DNA of 64,000 nt from NCBI GenBank assembly GCA_964057225.1, contig OZ059898.1:6262001-6326000 (forward strand), written 5' to 3'. Of this stretch, positions 13,726 to 28,314 are shown in pieces. The DNA comes from Auanema rhodensis (Eukaryota > Animalia > Nematoda). Within the stretch, counting starts at the first letter, position 1, and every line of letters begins with the position of its first letter. The translations under genes were made by a program, and so were the position numbers. The notes beneath the pieces are model-generated. The model saw nothing but the letters and a program-made list of their open reading frames with translations. It was not told where the DNA came from and searched no databases.

Positions 13726-16700
13726 TTATTTAAGGAAACTTGTGTAGATGTTACGCTGAGAATCTCCTTCTTTACATCACGAATAGGCTGAAAATTAAAG
13801 TTTTATAATAGTTTCAAGTTGTTGTATTAATTACCGAAACTGATGGTAGGAGATCGGCTGAAGGAGTTGGGAAGGGAATCTGCATTTGCTGAACTTGGAG
13901 ATGTTGAGCAAGTAGTTGCAAATTTTCCTTTTGTTGCAACAAGTTTTGTTGAGCAATTAAAACATTCAATAACTGAAAAACAAATATTAAATATAAATAT
14001 ATTTTTCATATGATCTCACCTGTTGTTGGTACATAACTGTTGTAGCATTTGATAATGCTCCCGGAAGTGATAAAGCTGGAGATGGGATCATTAAAGGAAT
14101 TGGACGAGGTAAGTCAGGTAATGCTGGACTGCTTTGGGCAGTAGAGATTACTGATGATGGTGTTGATGAAGATAGAATGTCCTGTTCAGATGAAGTAGGA
14201 GATTCAATGTGACGATGAACATGATGCGTTTGATGTTGAGGAATGGGATAATGATGAGGATGAGATGTAATCAAAGGATGATTAAGCTGTGCCGTTTGTT
14301 GGGATGTGGTAGTACGACGCTTAGCTTTAAGAGGAGTTGGACGAACTGCTGAAAATGAACAAAAATTAGTAAGTTATTAAGAAAAAAAGAATTAAATTAT
14401 AAATAGAATAATAATTTAATACGAACCTTTAGTTGCTTTCTTCGATTTATTGTAATATTCTTCATTTTGTGGATGATTATGTTCTGTGATGAGTGTGGTG
14501 ATCCGGAGAGTTCTTTCAGAAAATTTGTAATTTAACCGAAGCATAGCATTGCATCCACAAGGAAGATACGTTTGATTTGGTCTTTTGCCATTTCCTAAAG
14601 AAAAAAGTGAAATAATATGATTTTTTGTATTATAAAACTGGTTTTAATATTCTTTTTCTGATATATTTGTTGGAAAAAAATTAAAGAACACCTGGAGTCT
14701 ACTAAACTAAAAGTTGGCTTAAAACCATTTCAGATTATGGTATATCTTGAAGGTCATAAAGCTATGAAGGACATTAAATGTGAATAAATATAAAAAAACA
14801 TAAATTAATATTCAGAATTTTATAAATAAAAAAAATATTTTTATAAATATATATTTAAGTTATAATACTAAGTTATAATAATAAGATTCATTAGAGCACA
14901 ACTTAATGATGATGGAACTCAAAGATGTGAGAAAATTGCTGGGAACCAGAACTTGACAGCTGGTAATAGCATCTGGCTACGGTAATTACTTATCATTTAA
15001 AGCCAATATATAACCTACTCATATAATTTACTTTCTTTTTTTTACTTCAAATTCTTTCTGAGGTTATTTAACTTGGTGAATTTCTAGTGAACGGTTGGTT
15101 TTTCTATTGCTTGAACATCATGCCGTAATTTTTCTTGTGAAAATCTGGCAGCTGGCTTTTCATCGAAACACATGAGAAATAGCACAAATCGTTTATACAT
15201 GTATGACTAGAAATGGGTAAATGAGACTTTTCAAGCCTGAAGCAATCATTTCATGTCACATACATACATATCGATGAGCTTGATGATGATCAATTAACAA
15301 ATGACCAACACATTTAGTTCTTATTTAACCTCAAATTTCATGAAAGATTTATAATAAATCATTTTTGTTTAAGGAGGGTGAAGACAGAATTGAACTAAGC
15401 TGTGTCTATTTAGATGACAGCTACCAGCTGACTTTAATTTTCAATTAATTAACCTCGAAGGCTATGAATAATAGAAACCAGGTAATGATATCAATTAGAA
15501 TTTGTGATGGGTCAATTAGTAAAATTTGTATGTTTAAGCAATTTTTTTAATTTTTGACGTAACAGAAGGTCTAACCTACGTTATTGAATTGAGTCTACAA
15601 GTGGTAAGATTTAAGTGCATAACATAAGGTTCAAGAGAGAATGAAAGAGAGAGAGTAGTAAGAAATGCTAGAACACATGGTGTTTTGGAATGATGGTCGT
15701 GGTCAGTAATTAGAAAAGCGACAACCCGATGACCAAACGATGATGACCAATAACAACCATCTTGATGATGTTGGTGACGTAGACAAGATACTTTTGCACA
15801 AGCGACAGATGCATGACAAATCAATTGCTTTTCTATTACAGTATTTCAATACCGTTACAAGTCTCATGTAAATGAATTTGAGTAATTATTTTGATTTTGT
15901 TTTAGTTGAGATAATGATGAATATCATAGATACTATATGTATATAGTTTATTATTTATATTTAATTAAAGTATGAACATACCTCTCATACGTGGATTTCC
16001 ATAATGAGCACAATGATAGACAACATAACGGTATTTATGTGTTGTGTTAACTGATCCGTCTGGGTTTTTAAGAGTCTCAGATGAAGCCACACGGAATGGA
16101 TGAAACTCCTCATCTTTCCATTTATTGAAAACTTCTTCAAACTCGGCAAAGCTAAAACAGATTGAATGTCTAATCTTTGATGGAAAACGAATAGCTTACC
16201 TATTGAATTTGCCATCATACTCAATCAATGGTCGGCCCGGCATCTGGGAATTATCAGAAGAATTCTTTTGGTCTCGTAATGCCGATGTATTCAATGAACT
16301 ATTAGAGACAGTTCCGCTCCAGTTTGAAAACATTTTGCTGTTGTCAGATGACAATCCTTCATCACTCGATTCTACTATTTCACGTTCAGATGACGTACGT
16401 GGAGTGCTGGATGATGAAGCTGATGCCGATGATGATGTCATGGTGTTCTTGATATCTCGTGTGGATGGTGGTAAGAGCGGAAGATTGGTTTGATTAGAGA
16501 TAATCATTTGTGGTGGAAATGGCATAACGGATGTCGCTTCATCATCGCAAATAGCAGGCTTCTGTTCATCTCTCATTATCTGATGCTCATTCAAGTGATG
16601 ATCAGGCGAATGATGATGATTTTCGTCGTTTTCCTATAAATTAAAACTGATAATTCATATTGTTCATTCTTTAAACTATTAGAGAGCATGTCTACATTGG

Positions 16701-17337
16701 TTATTAGAAAATAAATGTCACATTGTATGCCAAATACTGAGATAATTGTTGCTCAAGCTATTGCCGTCCCTGTGTAAACACGTAAGAAAAAACCGTTTAA
16801 TCTCAGTGCAAGCAGTAGAATAAGCCATCACGCGCCTGTTATGGTCAAGAGTCAGCTAGTGACTGTAGATTTAATGTGACCGTCGGCATGATCTAAGGAT
16901 CAGCACAGGATTGGGTAACATAGGCCGTTTCTCTCTATCTCTCAGTCTCTGTCGTCGAGTTTGATCTCTCATGAGGATCACTGAGATTGAAACAGAAAGA
17001 CAATTCCAAATATGGCAATTGGCATGTTGTTTATATTACAGGAGACCGACAGTTCATACGATTATTATTAATCGATTTAGTAAAATATATGGTATTTTTG
17101 ATAAAAATTAATGAAAGAAATTACCTTATTTTCGGAATACACAATAGTTGAGTTGCTTAGACTTTCGATATCATACCGAATCTTTTTTGCTACTGGTTCG
17201 ACAACCTATAAATGAAATATAATTAGAAATTATTAAATGTTTTAGATAGATCTTTTGAAATTCAAATTACTTACGTCAATATTCTTTTTTTCCATCAATG
17301 ATAATTCATAGGATAATGGACCGAATGAGCTAGTCAT
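13726..17337 (-). CDS. ZSWIM3-N/FAR1-like (WRKY-GCM1 fold, Mutator-transposase-related) Zn-finger protein, probable transcription factor
   Basis: About 8 exons: MTSSFGPLSY...; FNSFAEFEEVFNKWKDEEFHPFRVASSETL..YRYVVYHCAHYGNPRMRG-NGKRPNQTYLPCGCNAMLRLNY..LRITTLITEHNNH (C..C..H-x-x-H), followed by a Pro/Ser/Gln-rich tail; ends QSFLK*. The reading frame is still open upstream to the acceptor near 17348, so a further 5' exon is possible. Confidence 0.75.
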
Positions 17338-20300
17338 TCTGTTAGGTCCTGCAACATTTAAATTTCAAATTAAAGATTGGACAAACGCAAGAGCAGTTTT
17401 GAGTATATAACGACAATAACATGTTCATGTAACAAATATTTTAAATATGTTTAGCTGTTTCAGGGAGGAAAATAGCATATAAAAAGAAAAAGGATAGTCT
17501 GGGCATGGATTGGTTTGAGGACCAAATGGCCGCTTCGAGACTGTCAACCACATGTTGTACAGCCAGCTGCTGCCGTTAGCGACCTTGGTCCTTTTCGGAT
17601 CTGTAGCTAGAAGTAAAAAAATCTGAATATGTAGAAAAGTGGTAGGAAAGTTGATGAAGAAGAAAAAAAAGAAGATTTTTTTTGATAGTTCTTGACGAAG
17701 TTTTTAACAACAAAAAAAAGAAAAATGTTATTTGGCGTAGATTTGCGTTAGTAATGATGATCAGAATTAGATGAGAAAAAGTGAAGTGAGCAAGCAGAAA
17801 AGAGACGGATAATAGTAAAATAAAGAAAAAACCTAAATGTAGATGAAACATCAAAATAAGAAACGTTTAGTAAAAACTAGAAAAAAACATGAAAGATGTG
17901 TCATATACAACTTTTTTATTTTTAGTAAATATTATTAGATATAGTTAGTTATTGAATTATAATTATTAATTAGAAAATAATACATTTAAAATTTTGAATC
18001 CATTTCTTCTGATAGTGAACGAACTCTTTCAAAATAAGTAAGAAAGAGAGAGAGAATCAGAGAGAATCTTATTGAATAAATCAGATCAGATTAGATCAGA
18101 TAAAAGTATTTAAATTTAACTTCTTCTAAATCATGCTTTCACAGTTTTGTGTAAAAATAGCAAAAAAACAGCTATAAACCAAAAAATAAGAAATCACTCG
18201 GATCCGCACATTGGCTGGAGCTGACTGGGTTACGAGTGTGGTAGGTGACTAGGTTGCGCAAGTACTGGCAGAGGCTGACCCAGGAGGAGCGCGACCCACA
18301 GACACCCTCCCTTTCCTTAATCTCTCTCATTCCTTCACTCTATATCTCTTACTCTGTTTTTCTCTTATATCTCCAGCTCTTTGCACTATCTCATGTATAT
18401 TGTAGTATGTAGATATTGTTTTTTTGTGTTCTAGAGAGATTCTATATATGCCATCGCGACAGCTCTTGCCCCACCCCAATAACGCTCTCGCTTATCTAAC
18501 TGTCGACACTTGTATGAAACGAAATGGAAATATTTTTTTTTTCTGAAAACAAAATATATAAATATGAAGAAGATCGAAGTTGGTTGATGTTTTAAAAATG
18601 AATGGAATAACACATAGCACTGCTGATATGAAAATCTATAAACGTCTTCAGAAATCATGAATGGTTTTCTGGTAGGTTGCCATTCAAGGTTCATGTCTTG
18701 TTAAAAGAAAAAGTCTAATGTCGAGCTAAAGAAAAAAAAGTGAAGGAACTATAGAGAATATGGTAAAAGAATAAAATGAGCAAGCCGATTAAAGGACATT
18801 GCTATCTTGTCATCGTTGCTTCCATAGAAACTGTTTTGAATGTTTGAATCTTGAACAATAAATGATGATAAAGGTCTTCTAGGTAGAAAAAAAAAGTCCA
18901 AATAGTATATATAAAATAAAATGTTAAAAGAAAAGTTTATATATATATATATATATATAATATAAATAAATTCTTAAATTAACTAAAACAAAAAAGAATA
19001 AATCTAATTTTAAATAATTATAATATCTTTTTGCTTTTATATATTTATAAATAATAATATTGATTAAATAAAAGAATATATGAATAAAAATTAAAATGTA
19101 ACAACCGTTATATATTTTTTCTTTCAAATAAATGATTAAATCCCACGTTAAAAGCTTAACCATACGTGAGTTTTAATGCTATCAAGATTGAAAATCACAT
19201 AGCATTTATTAGAAAATATTATATGAAAGAGCATATGAAGCAAAATATATTATTTTCTAATAAAATATAAAGTTTAGATTAATGAATATGTTAATCATGT
19301 TCGTTGATACTGAAGTATCATAGAATAGGATATGAAAAAAACGATGTACAAGATAAAATAAGAAAAAAAAACAGCTGAGTTCCTTCTACTCGACTGCCCA
19401 CTTGATATCTCAAATAGTCCTTCGTTTTTTCTTTGGCGCTTTTTTCAAAAAGGAAAAGCCGGCAGTCTCGATAAAACGTGCATGCTGGTCAACAGGCTCT
19501 AGGATTCCGACAGGCGAAAAAGATGAAGAAAAACCTCAACGTGTTACACCCTGCTGCGGAATATACATTAGCTGTGAAGTTTCAACTGTTTTGTGAGCAA
19601 AGAAAAAAAAACTTGAAAAAAAAAAGTGTTTAATCGAAGTTGAATAAAAGAATACAAAAGGGTTTAGGAATAAATAAATAGGTAAAGATTGTAATATGTT
19701 TTGAATAAACTAGATACTTTGAATAATACAAAACAATATATTATATTCTGATTCGAATAAGCGTATTGTAAAATATATTTGAAAAAGAAAAAAAGTTTAT
19801 ATATTTGTTTTAAACAAAAAATATATTTATGCATATGACATCATACAATGATAGAATATTTAGCTATTTTTTGTGTTTAAAACAAAAGAAAAGTTTAAAA
19901 TGAATGAAATGGAAGCAAATGTATAGAACATCATGTTATCATTCATTTAACTATTAAGATTATTAGATTAATCATTATATTTTAATTATGCAAAGTACAT
20001 ATGACAATTAACTTGAAACAGAAATCCGAAGGCCGATATCTGTTTCAAGAATTGTGTGAAAGGCACCAGAACGACTATGACTACTATGAACGAAAGAAAG
20101 GCCTGACCGACGTGAGGTTACGACATACAGCTGGTGCATCTGTTACTGTTCATAGTCGACAGTTAGTTCGATACTTTTTGAAGATCGGGATAGAAATAAA
20201 ATGCTGATATTTATTAAATTTTGGAATTAAATTCTATTTTCAACTTGGACTTTTATTTGGTTGCTGATGTTATTTATGTTATAAAATCGAAAGGGGAATA

Positions 20301-23300
20301 GGATCAACTTCATAGAAAAACATGTAACCAAGCATACTAATCTCATACGTCTATACATCTATATGCATAATAAGGATTAAAGTCGGAATGTGACAAATCT
20401 TATAACTTATAATTAATATAAAGTTATAATTAATAATTAGTGATTTATTAACACATTATGAATAAGATGATGTTAATGTTTCACATGCTCAACAGCATTC
20501 AATTGATTCTAAAAAGTACAAATTGTTTGTACAATTTACTTTCATATAGATCATCTGGCATCAAACGATAGAAGATCAATTTTAAGGTAAAGTAACATAT
20601 AGTTAAACGGATGGCTGCATCAGGTCAATAATTTGAATCTTGATTCATCTTTAGAATATATATGGCTTGATGATTGATTATGAAGTGTGACATAGCCAGA
20701 AAATCTTTCTGATCGGTGGCATTCGAAATACAAAAGCAACAGAAAGAATAGAAAAGAATCAGCAGCCGTTTCTTTTCTTTCCTCTATACGGTAATCGAAT
20801 GACTGAAGGCACACAAAGACCATCTGCTCCAAAACGATATGCAAATTGCGCCAAGAAGCCGACGACGATGATGGCAGCGATTACGCTGATGTCTACGAAA
20901 ACGCTGTAGATGAGGCAGCTCGACTATAGTCATGAATGTTTCAGATAGATATATTACGTTGAACAGAGGTTTTCAAGTAAAGACAAATCGTTAAATACAG
21001 ACAACCAATGACGTCACATACATATACCAAATGGCAAAAAAAGGGTGAGAAAATGAAGAAGAAGAAGAAAGATGAGATGTCTGTAGGTGGCAAATGATGG
21101 ATTTTGGAAGTCAGACATGCATTCTGTACATGCATTAGGATGAATAGTATTGGTTAAAACAAGATAGGCAGCTAATTGTAAATTGTAAATTGAAAATGAA
21201 TAATTGAGTTCAACTGGAAATTATTCTATAAACCTTAGTTGTTATTTTGAAATTCCTTTAACTATAATAAAATTTTTTAAATGATTTTGTTTTCATAACG
21301 ATAATTTATTCGATAATTCAATCAATAACATGCTCCAAAATAACAGCGTTGTCACTAAAATCCGCCAAATGAGGAATTGCATTAGAATCTTTTTTATGGA
21401 AAATTGAAATGCCGTTGCTGATAAGCGTTAAAACGTCATGGTTTCCAAGTGATATGTATAATGCTCAATATTCATTAGCATATAGACATATGACGTCACA
21501 TAATGTGCACGTGAAATCTTGACTCAAATTATCATTTTTCTTGAGTTTTTGACGCGAAAACGGTTGTTTGTTGGTTTGTTCTATTTTTTCAATTAATGCT
21601 CTGATCTTTTGACTCAAAAGAGTCGAACTGGGAGCATAGAAGGAATAAAGTCTAGGTATCCAAAGTGATGGAAGATGATGACATTATGTGTGCCAGAGTT
21701 GTTTACGAGTTATGCCACGACGATGACCCAATCGATCTGTATGTCTATATCTATCTGTACCTATAAGAGTATGTGTGTCGGTCACTCATTCAGTGTGGTA
21801 GTATAGTCTCACAGGGCTAAACCATCAGTCTAAGGAAGACAATCTGCTTCTTCTATACTGTATTTTGGCATAATAACTTGGTCAATGAATTATAAGAGAA
21901 TAGTAAAGGATAAGAAAGAGAGAATATAGAAAAAAGGGAGGAAGGGGGGTGGGGGGTTGAGAAGGTTTACATATAACATAGGGCATGTGAAACTATGAAG
22001 AAAATATTATGTTGTTAAAGAAAAGGCTTGAAAGAAGCGAATATTTGTTTCCGAATTCTTCAAAGGATGAGCCAACTAAATGATTGAAATAACGTTCTGA
22101 AATATAGTTAACGGTAAAGAAAAGAGATGTATTTAACCTTTATTGAGTAAAAGGATGTTTTTCATCTTTCAATATCTAACATAACAATTTAATTTTCGAT
22201 TGATGATCGTCTGTTCAAAAAAGATACATCATATGATTTTATATAATTTTCGAAAGCTGATAAAAATTTCAAAGAAAGAAAATAAACAAAACATATTCAA
22301 GTTCAAAAATTCTGTTTGTAATATTATAGTTTGTGAAATAATTTATTATTATGTAACTGAATATAATATTTATAATATTAATTTTGGAAAAAAAGTAAAT
22401 AAATTCGTCTTATGACGGACCATTTCAATATGTTTTTCCGTTTCCGAAAATATAATTTCTGTACTAAACCAGCTGATGGTGGTTCTGATTGATTACGGTG
22501 TTTGCCTGCACAGTATATGGCACTCCAGAAAACGACAAAAGTACATCGTCAGATGGATTGCATAAGAGGTGTAGCTATCATGTTTCTTACTTGAAATCTC
22601 TCACATATTCGGTATCTCTAGCAAAATGTCTCTTTTGCTCACTTCACATGATCTACTCTTCTAAAGTCCTCAAGAGGTTCTAGATAGGTGGCAAGCATAT
22701 AAACATACTGACCAGATAGTTTTCATTCATGCAGTTATCATCATCATGCAACCAAAACTAAAATATGAGGTGTTTGTTACGCCATTCTCACCATTCATAT
22801 TCCGGGGTCATTTTTTCTATAGTTTGATCAAATAAAAATTTCTAAAAATAAATAATCAAAAAAAAATATAATCGCATAAGCTTTAAGGTCTTCTGCCGGA
22901 AATAACACAGCAGGCTTCCTGAGCTGAACATCATGACGAGCATCGTGATCATCATGTTTTTGATGTTATGAAGCAAAACTACTTGCATCTATTACTTTAA
23001 GCTTCAAACATGATGTTGATACATGTGCATAAGTAAACTAGATATTTAAAACAAAAAAAATCATATTTCTATAACTGTCATATATTTCTATTTAAGGTAT
23101 TTCGAGTGAAGATAGATCAAAGTTTTAAAAGAACAAAATCAAGACAGATATTTGAAAAATATGATTCATGTCTGATTTAGTCTAAACATCAGACGTCCAT
23201 CTAATTTATCTATATATTACGGTAATTATTGGCACGTATGCAGAGAAATGATTATGCTAGCATTCTATTTTAAATTTTTTTCATTGTAATAATATAAATT

Positions 23301-26300
23301 TATAATATTATAAATTGCTCGTTTTCCAAAAACAAGCCAATACAGACACACAACATCTGCAAGAATTCAGGTCAGCTTCTAATCTTATCTATTTGTATCG
23401 ATAGTGTGAAACTAAGTTAACTGTCAACAGATGGCCCAACATATTATATAATAACATTTAGTTTCATCATGACATTATCAAGAATCTAACTTACTTGATA
23501 CAATTACTAATAACTAAGTTAATAAACTAACAAAGGGATTTATATGGAAAAATAATAAGAGAATTGAATAGAAATAGAAGAAACTTCTATTCTTACATGC
23601 CATAGGGTAACATTGGTGTGAGATCAAAAGAAAAGAAAAGAAAGTAGCTGATGAGAGCATTGAGGATGTGTGAATGAATAAGAGAATGATGAGGTGTGAA
23701 GTCTTGTCATACTTATAGTTGGTTGTCCATAACAGCAAAATGCTAAGAGCATGAGCCAAATGAATTGAAGTTTGCCTTTTGGCTAATCGTATGTCATGAG
23801 AAATATATAAACGAATACTAATATAGGAAATAATAATAATTATAAAAGAATATATTGAATAAAAGGGAAATTTTTATAGTTTATATTCATACATACATAC
23901 ATACATACATGAATGCATAAGCTATACAAACGTAATGTTTTAAACTGAATTGAATGTGTCTGTTGTTGAATGTGCGGTAACGCTAACGATATCCGGATAA
24001 GATGCTAACCGGCTCTGTTTGAGAATCTGATGACATTTTCTCTGGCAAATTGTTGAATGTCCACCTGTCTGAGATTGACGTCAATGTCTAGGTATTGTCG
24101 ATTGAAACGAAGGATTTCCTTATTTTCTTTTTAAAAAGAAAAAAAAAAGAAAACGTAAATATTCATGAAATAGAAGTTATTACAAATTGTTTATTTACTT
24201 ATGGTTTCTGTTTAGAAAAAAATGTTTGTATCAATCAAAACATAATTATCTCAAATCGACAAGATAAAAGTCAAGTGAATATGATTATAATGATGATGAT
24301 GAGGTCCTTTCAAAGAGTGATATACATATACTATTATATAGTATACATACATATATCGGCATTCTTTTAAGTTGTCTTGTTCTTTTACTTTTCTTTTTTC
24401 TAGCCATTTTATATGGATTTTTGACCCTAAACTATGGATATCCCATGACCTATGACGACTGAGTATGCCTGTAAATATACCATGAAGATATTTCTATATG
24501 GCACTTACTCCATATATGTACGTTGTCAATGAAGATTTTGAAAAAAAATTAAAAAGGGAATTGTATTGTAAAGTAATAATCTAGAAATTCATATTTTCAT
24601 CAAAATTAATTATAAATTATTTTATTTTAATTGATAGAATAGAAAGAAACATGAGCTGTAATTATGTTTTAATAAAAATATTTTTGTAATTGTTTATGTA
24701 CAAAGATTTAAATATTTATAAAAATCTTAATCTGATAGTATTTTTTTAAATTTAATTATATTTATTATATGTTTTTTATACTTTTTCATATTTAGTTTAC
24801 TCACAAATCAAATTTTGAAATGGTGATTGGAATGCTGGTGAGAGTAAGGCATTCAGCTGTCTGACACAATCTGTTTCAGTTGTTATATCATTCAACAACT
24901 GAAAACCATAGAAAGGCATCATTTAGACAAAATTGGGAAACGATGAGAAAATATAAAACGTATAGAGAAAGAATGAGAGAGAAAGAAAGACAGAGTAGTA
25001 AGTTAGAAGAGAAAATGAAAGAGGCAGATGAAAAAAGAGAGAGAGGAAAAATAGAATGGGATATAGACATAGAATTAGAGAAAGAAAGACATGTACAGTA
25101 TATTGAAAAACGAGGTTCTGGGGTAGAGGTTGAAGTGAAGTGCAGATGTTCAGCTGTCTGTGAGGTAAAACGAACAATCATCTTCATCGCGGTCATTCAC
25201 TCTCCTCATTTTTCTTAAATTTTCAATTCAAATAGTCATCTATCTGTCTCTAGATCCAGGTGATACTGTGAATAATCCCACAGACAAGTATGTGATTTGT
25301 CGATTAATAGCCAATAATCATATTTAGTCAGTTAGACAGCTGAATTACTAACCAAAAAATGCTAATCAGTCACCCGCTGTTTAGATGACAACCGATTTTC
25401 AACATACCATTTAGGCTTTTAAACAACATAGTTAGAAATGTACTTAGATATTTCATGTATGAGATTTCTAAAATTTTAATTTTTCAAGGGAAAGATTAAC
25501 TATTCAAAAAACAAATTGTTTCTCTACTTTTCTTCGTTGTATTCTAAAGATTTTATAACATTTCGTTACTTTCTTTAAGATAATATCTAAAGAAAAAGTA
25601 AAAAGATCACATGTTTCTATTGAAATTCAGAAAAAGAAATATCAGTGCTATGTTAGTTGTTAGCAATGAAGAAACATTCGGATCCCTTTTCTCTTGAATA
25701 AAATTTATTATATGTATGTACTACATGAGTTGAAGACTCTTATTCTCTCTCTCCAAGTGGATATTCAATAGACAGAAGCTGTAACTAAAGGTGAAAAGAG
25801 CAATCAGATAAGACAAGGAAAAGCTTTCATTTATTCCAAATGATTCAGACTTCAAGCCATCTTTCACTTTAATCAAGAATTTTTGATCTCATATACATCC
25901 CCAACCACACATTTTCACTTTTTGAATAGTTCTATGGTTCAGTACCTACCAAAGTTCAAACTAGAGTATTAACCAATGATGTTCTAACAAACTATTGAAT
26001 GAACTTACAAGTATGAATTGAATTGAACTCTTCTCAAATCTTTATTCATATTTTATTTCTTTTCTCCTTGCTTTATTCGATTTCTTAAAACAGTTTTAAG
26101 GAATTGTTTACATTGATATTGATGAAGTTAAGTTTAGAAGCTGATAACGTTAGGTTGAGAGATTGAAAGGATTTTCAGTGAAGATTATTTAAGCTGAAGG
26201 AAGCATCAGCCATCAAAAGCGGAAAATTGTGTAAGACGTGAGAAGAGTTGGCCATTTATTATCAGTGTTCTGAGTCTGATGTCGTCAATTTATTTTAGAA

Positions 26301-26969
26301 ACTTTAAGTTGCGATTGTTTTATGTGATAACGTGATAAGATATGTGAATATCGTTTTTCAGTTGTTAATCCATCTAAAATATCTTCATTTCATGTATCTA
26401 TTCAGAATCTTTTGCTTATTTTGATCGAAAGATGTTAGTTTATATAATTCTTTAATATTATTTGTTGAAGAATTTAATTTTGAATTGTTATTTTGCTTTT
26501 CATGTTACTTTCAATGCACATACTTTCAGTTAGTCTTTAGGAATCTTTTTTGTATTTTTATGTTAAACCAGCTGCTTTCATGAAACTTCACTTTTCTTTT
26601 TTTCTTCATTTTCTTTCCAGCTTTACAGTAATTCGTTAATTTTAATGGGAAAATTACAAGATCTTTAAAGTACTGCTTCTCCGTCTGCTTCTCATTAGCA
26701 TTACTAAAAAATTCGTTATTTACAGTATTATACATTAGGAAACACATGCGTTTTTGAAAGACACATGGTTAAAATTGTATTCAATCAACTGACTTTATAT
26801 ATAACTTTGTTATATATTAAATATATATATATATATATATATATACTATATATATATATTATATTATATTTTAAAATATTTAATCATTCAATTTTGAAGC
26901 AGTAAAAAGTAATGAATAAACATTCATCTGTATATACTAAAATCATTTAAACACAAATTTGTCCAGCTG
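14957..26969. promoter_or_regulatory. Dispersed cluster of CAGCTG E-boxes in the introns and upstream non-coding DNA of the Zn-finger gene
   Basis: CAGCTG at 14957, 15149, 15425, 17564, 19372, 20128, 22470, 24854, 25151, 25337, 26569 and 26964, plus several CAGATG/CATCTG sites. Confidence 0.45.
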
Positions 26970-28314
26970 TTCACAAGAAGTTTCGAATTTTTCTGAAAAT
27001 CTTTTTTTTTCTTTTAACAATTCCTTTAAAAAATTCTTCAAAAAACATTAAAAAATCAAATCAATGAATTTTGCGCAGAGATCAGTTATCATCATTATCC
27101 TTCCCACGGGAATTTCGAGTTGAAAATTCTTCAAGATTTCATATTAAAAAGTTAAAGTGATTGCTCATTGTTCTCAAATATATATTTTTCTACATTAAAT
27201 TTTATATTTCTACATTGTTTTTTTCCGATTATTAGAAAGAATTGATACATATGATATTCATAACATTATTTATGAATCATATATTTTTAAATAAATGGAT
27301 TAATTGTGTCATCATCATATACATTTATTTTCAAATTTTTTTTTCCAACTTGTCTATAATAAGAAATTAATTTACTATTTTACACATGAATAAGTTTATT
27401 CTTATTGTTTCTTTCTATTCATATGACATATTGAACTTGCCCACATACAAAACTATGTTCATACATAAAACTCTTATGTTCATCTACTCTCTATACTTCA
27501 ATTTATTAATTTCCATTAGTTTGATGTTATTTTTAACTTTAAATCAATTTTTCTTTTTAGCTCTTTATTTGTACTTATTATATATACAAAACTATTTCTT
27601 CTTATTATATTCTCTAATACTAAAACAACCTTTCAAAAAAAAAAAACAATGTACCATATGTTCGATTGATCTTTGCCCAATACTGGAGAGATTTCTTGAT
27701 CGCAAAATTTAATTTCAACTCTCCGAACATTTTTTTTTAATGAAATGTTGAATCACTAATATAATATTTTTTAAATTTATATGGAATAATGCTCGATTAG
27801 TATTTTCATGCTCATTTACTGCTTCTAAGCTTCAGCGTTCATTGATTTTGCTACAATGATTTGATGCATTACAATTATATAATTTTATTTTATTTTTATT
27901 ATTTTAAACTATAAAATTGTAAAATAAAAATAAAAACAAAAATAATTTATATATATATATATATAATTAACAAATAAGAGATATAAGTGGTCAGCAAAAC
28001 TTTGGCTATTGTCCGACAGAAGATAGATCGCCCATCGTTACTTCGGCTCTCATTTCACCATTTATCTTTGTTTTTCAAGCTAGCTGAGCTTTTGTTTAGT
28101 TTTACTAGATAAATTTTATACAAAAAAAGAAGAAATCCATTAATTTAATCTTACAACGACTGATTCTTGAACAAATTCTCTTATTTTTTTTCTTTTCTTT
28201 ATCGTTTTTTTATAAAAATTTCAACAACTTACGCCGAAAAATGTTTCCAAATGTTTGAGATCTTGATGAACAAAAAAATGCTTTTTTCCATATATTCTAT
28301 ATTTTCAGATAAAT

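Noticed and set aside
15204-21495. miRNA seed-like words (TGACTAGA ~15204, GTGAGCAAAG ~19593, TGATATGT ~21450)
   Set aside because: The similarity stops after the seed, and there is no adequate precursor hairpin.
17576-28200. Numerous 60-110 aa ORFs in the large intergenic region
   Set aside because: They are low-complexity F/I/L/K/Y or GA-repeat translations of AT-rich DNA, with no consistent splice structure or recognisable domain.
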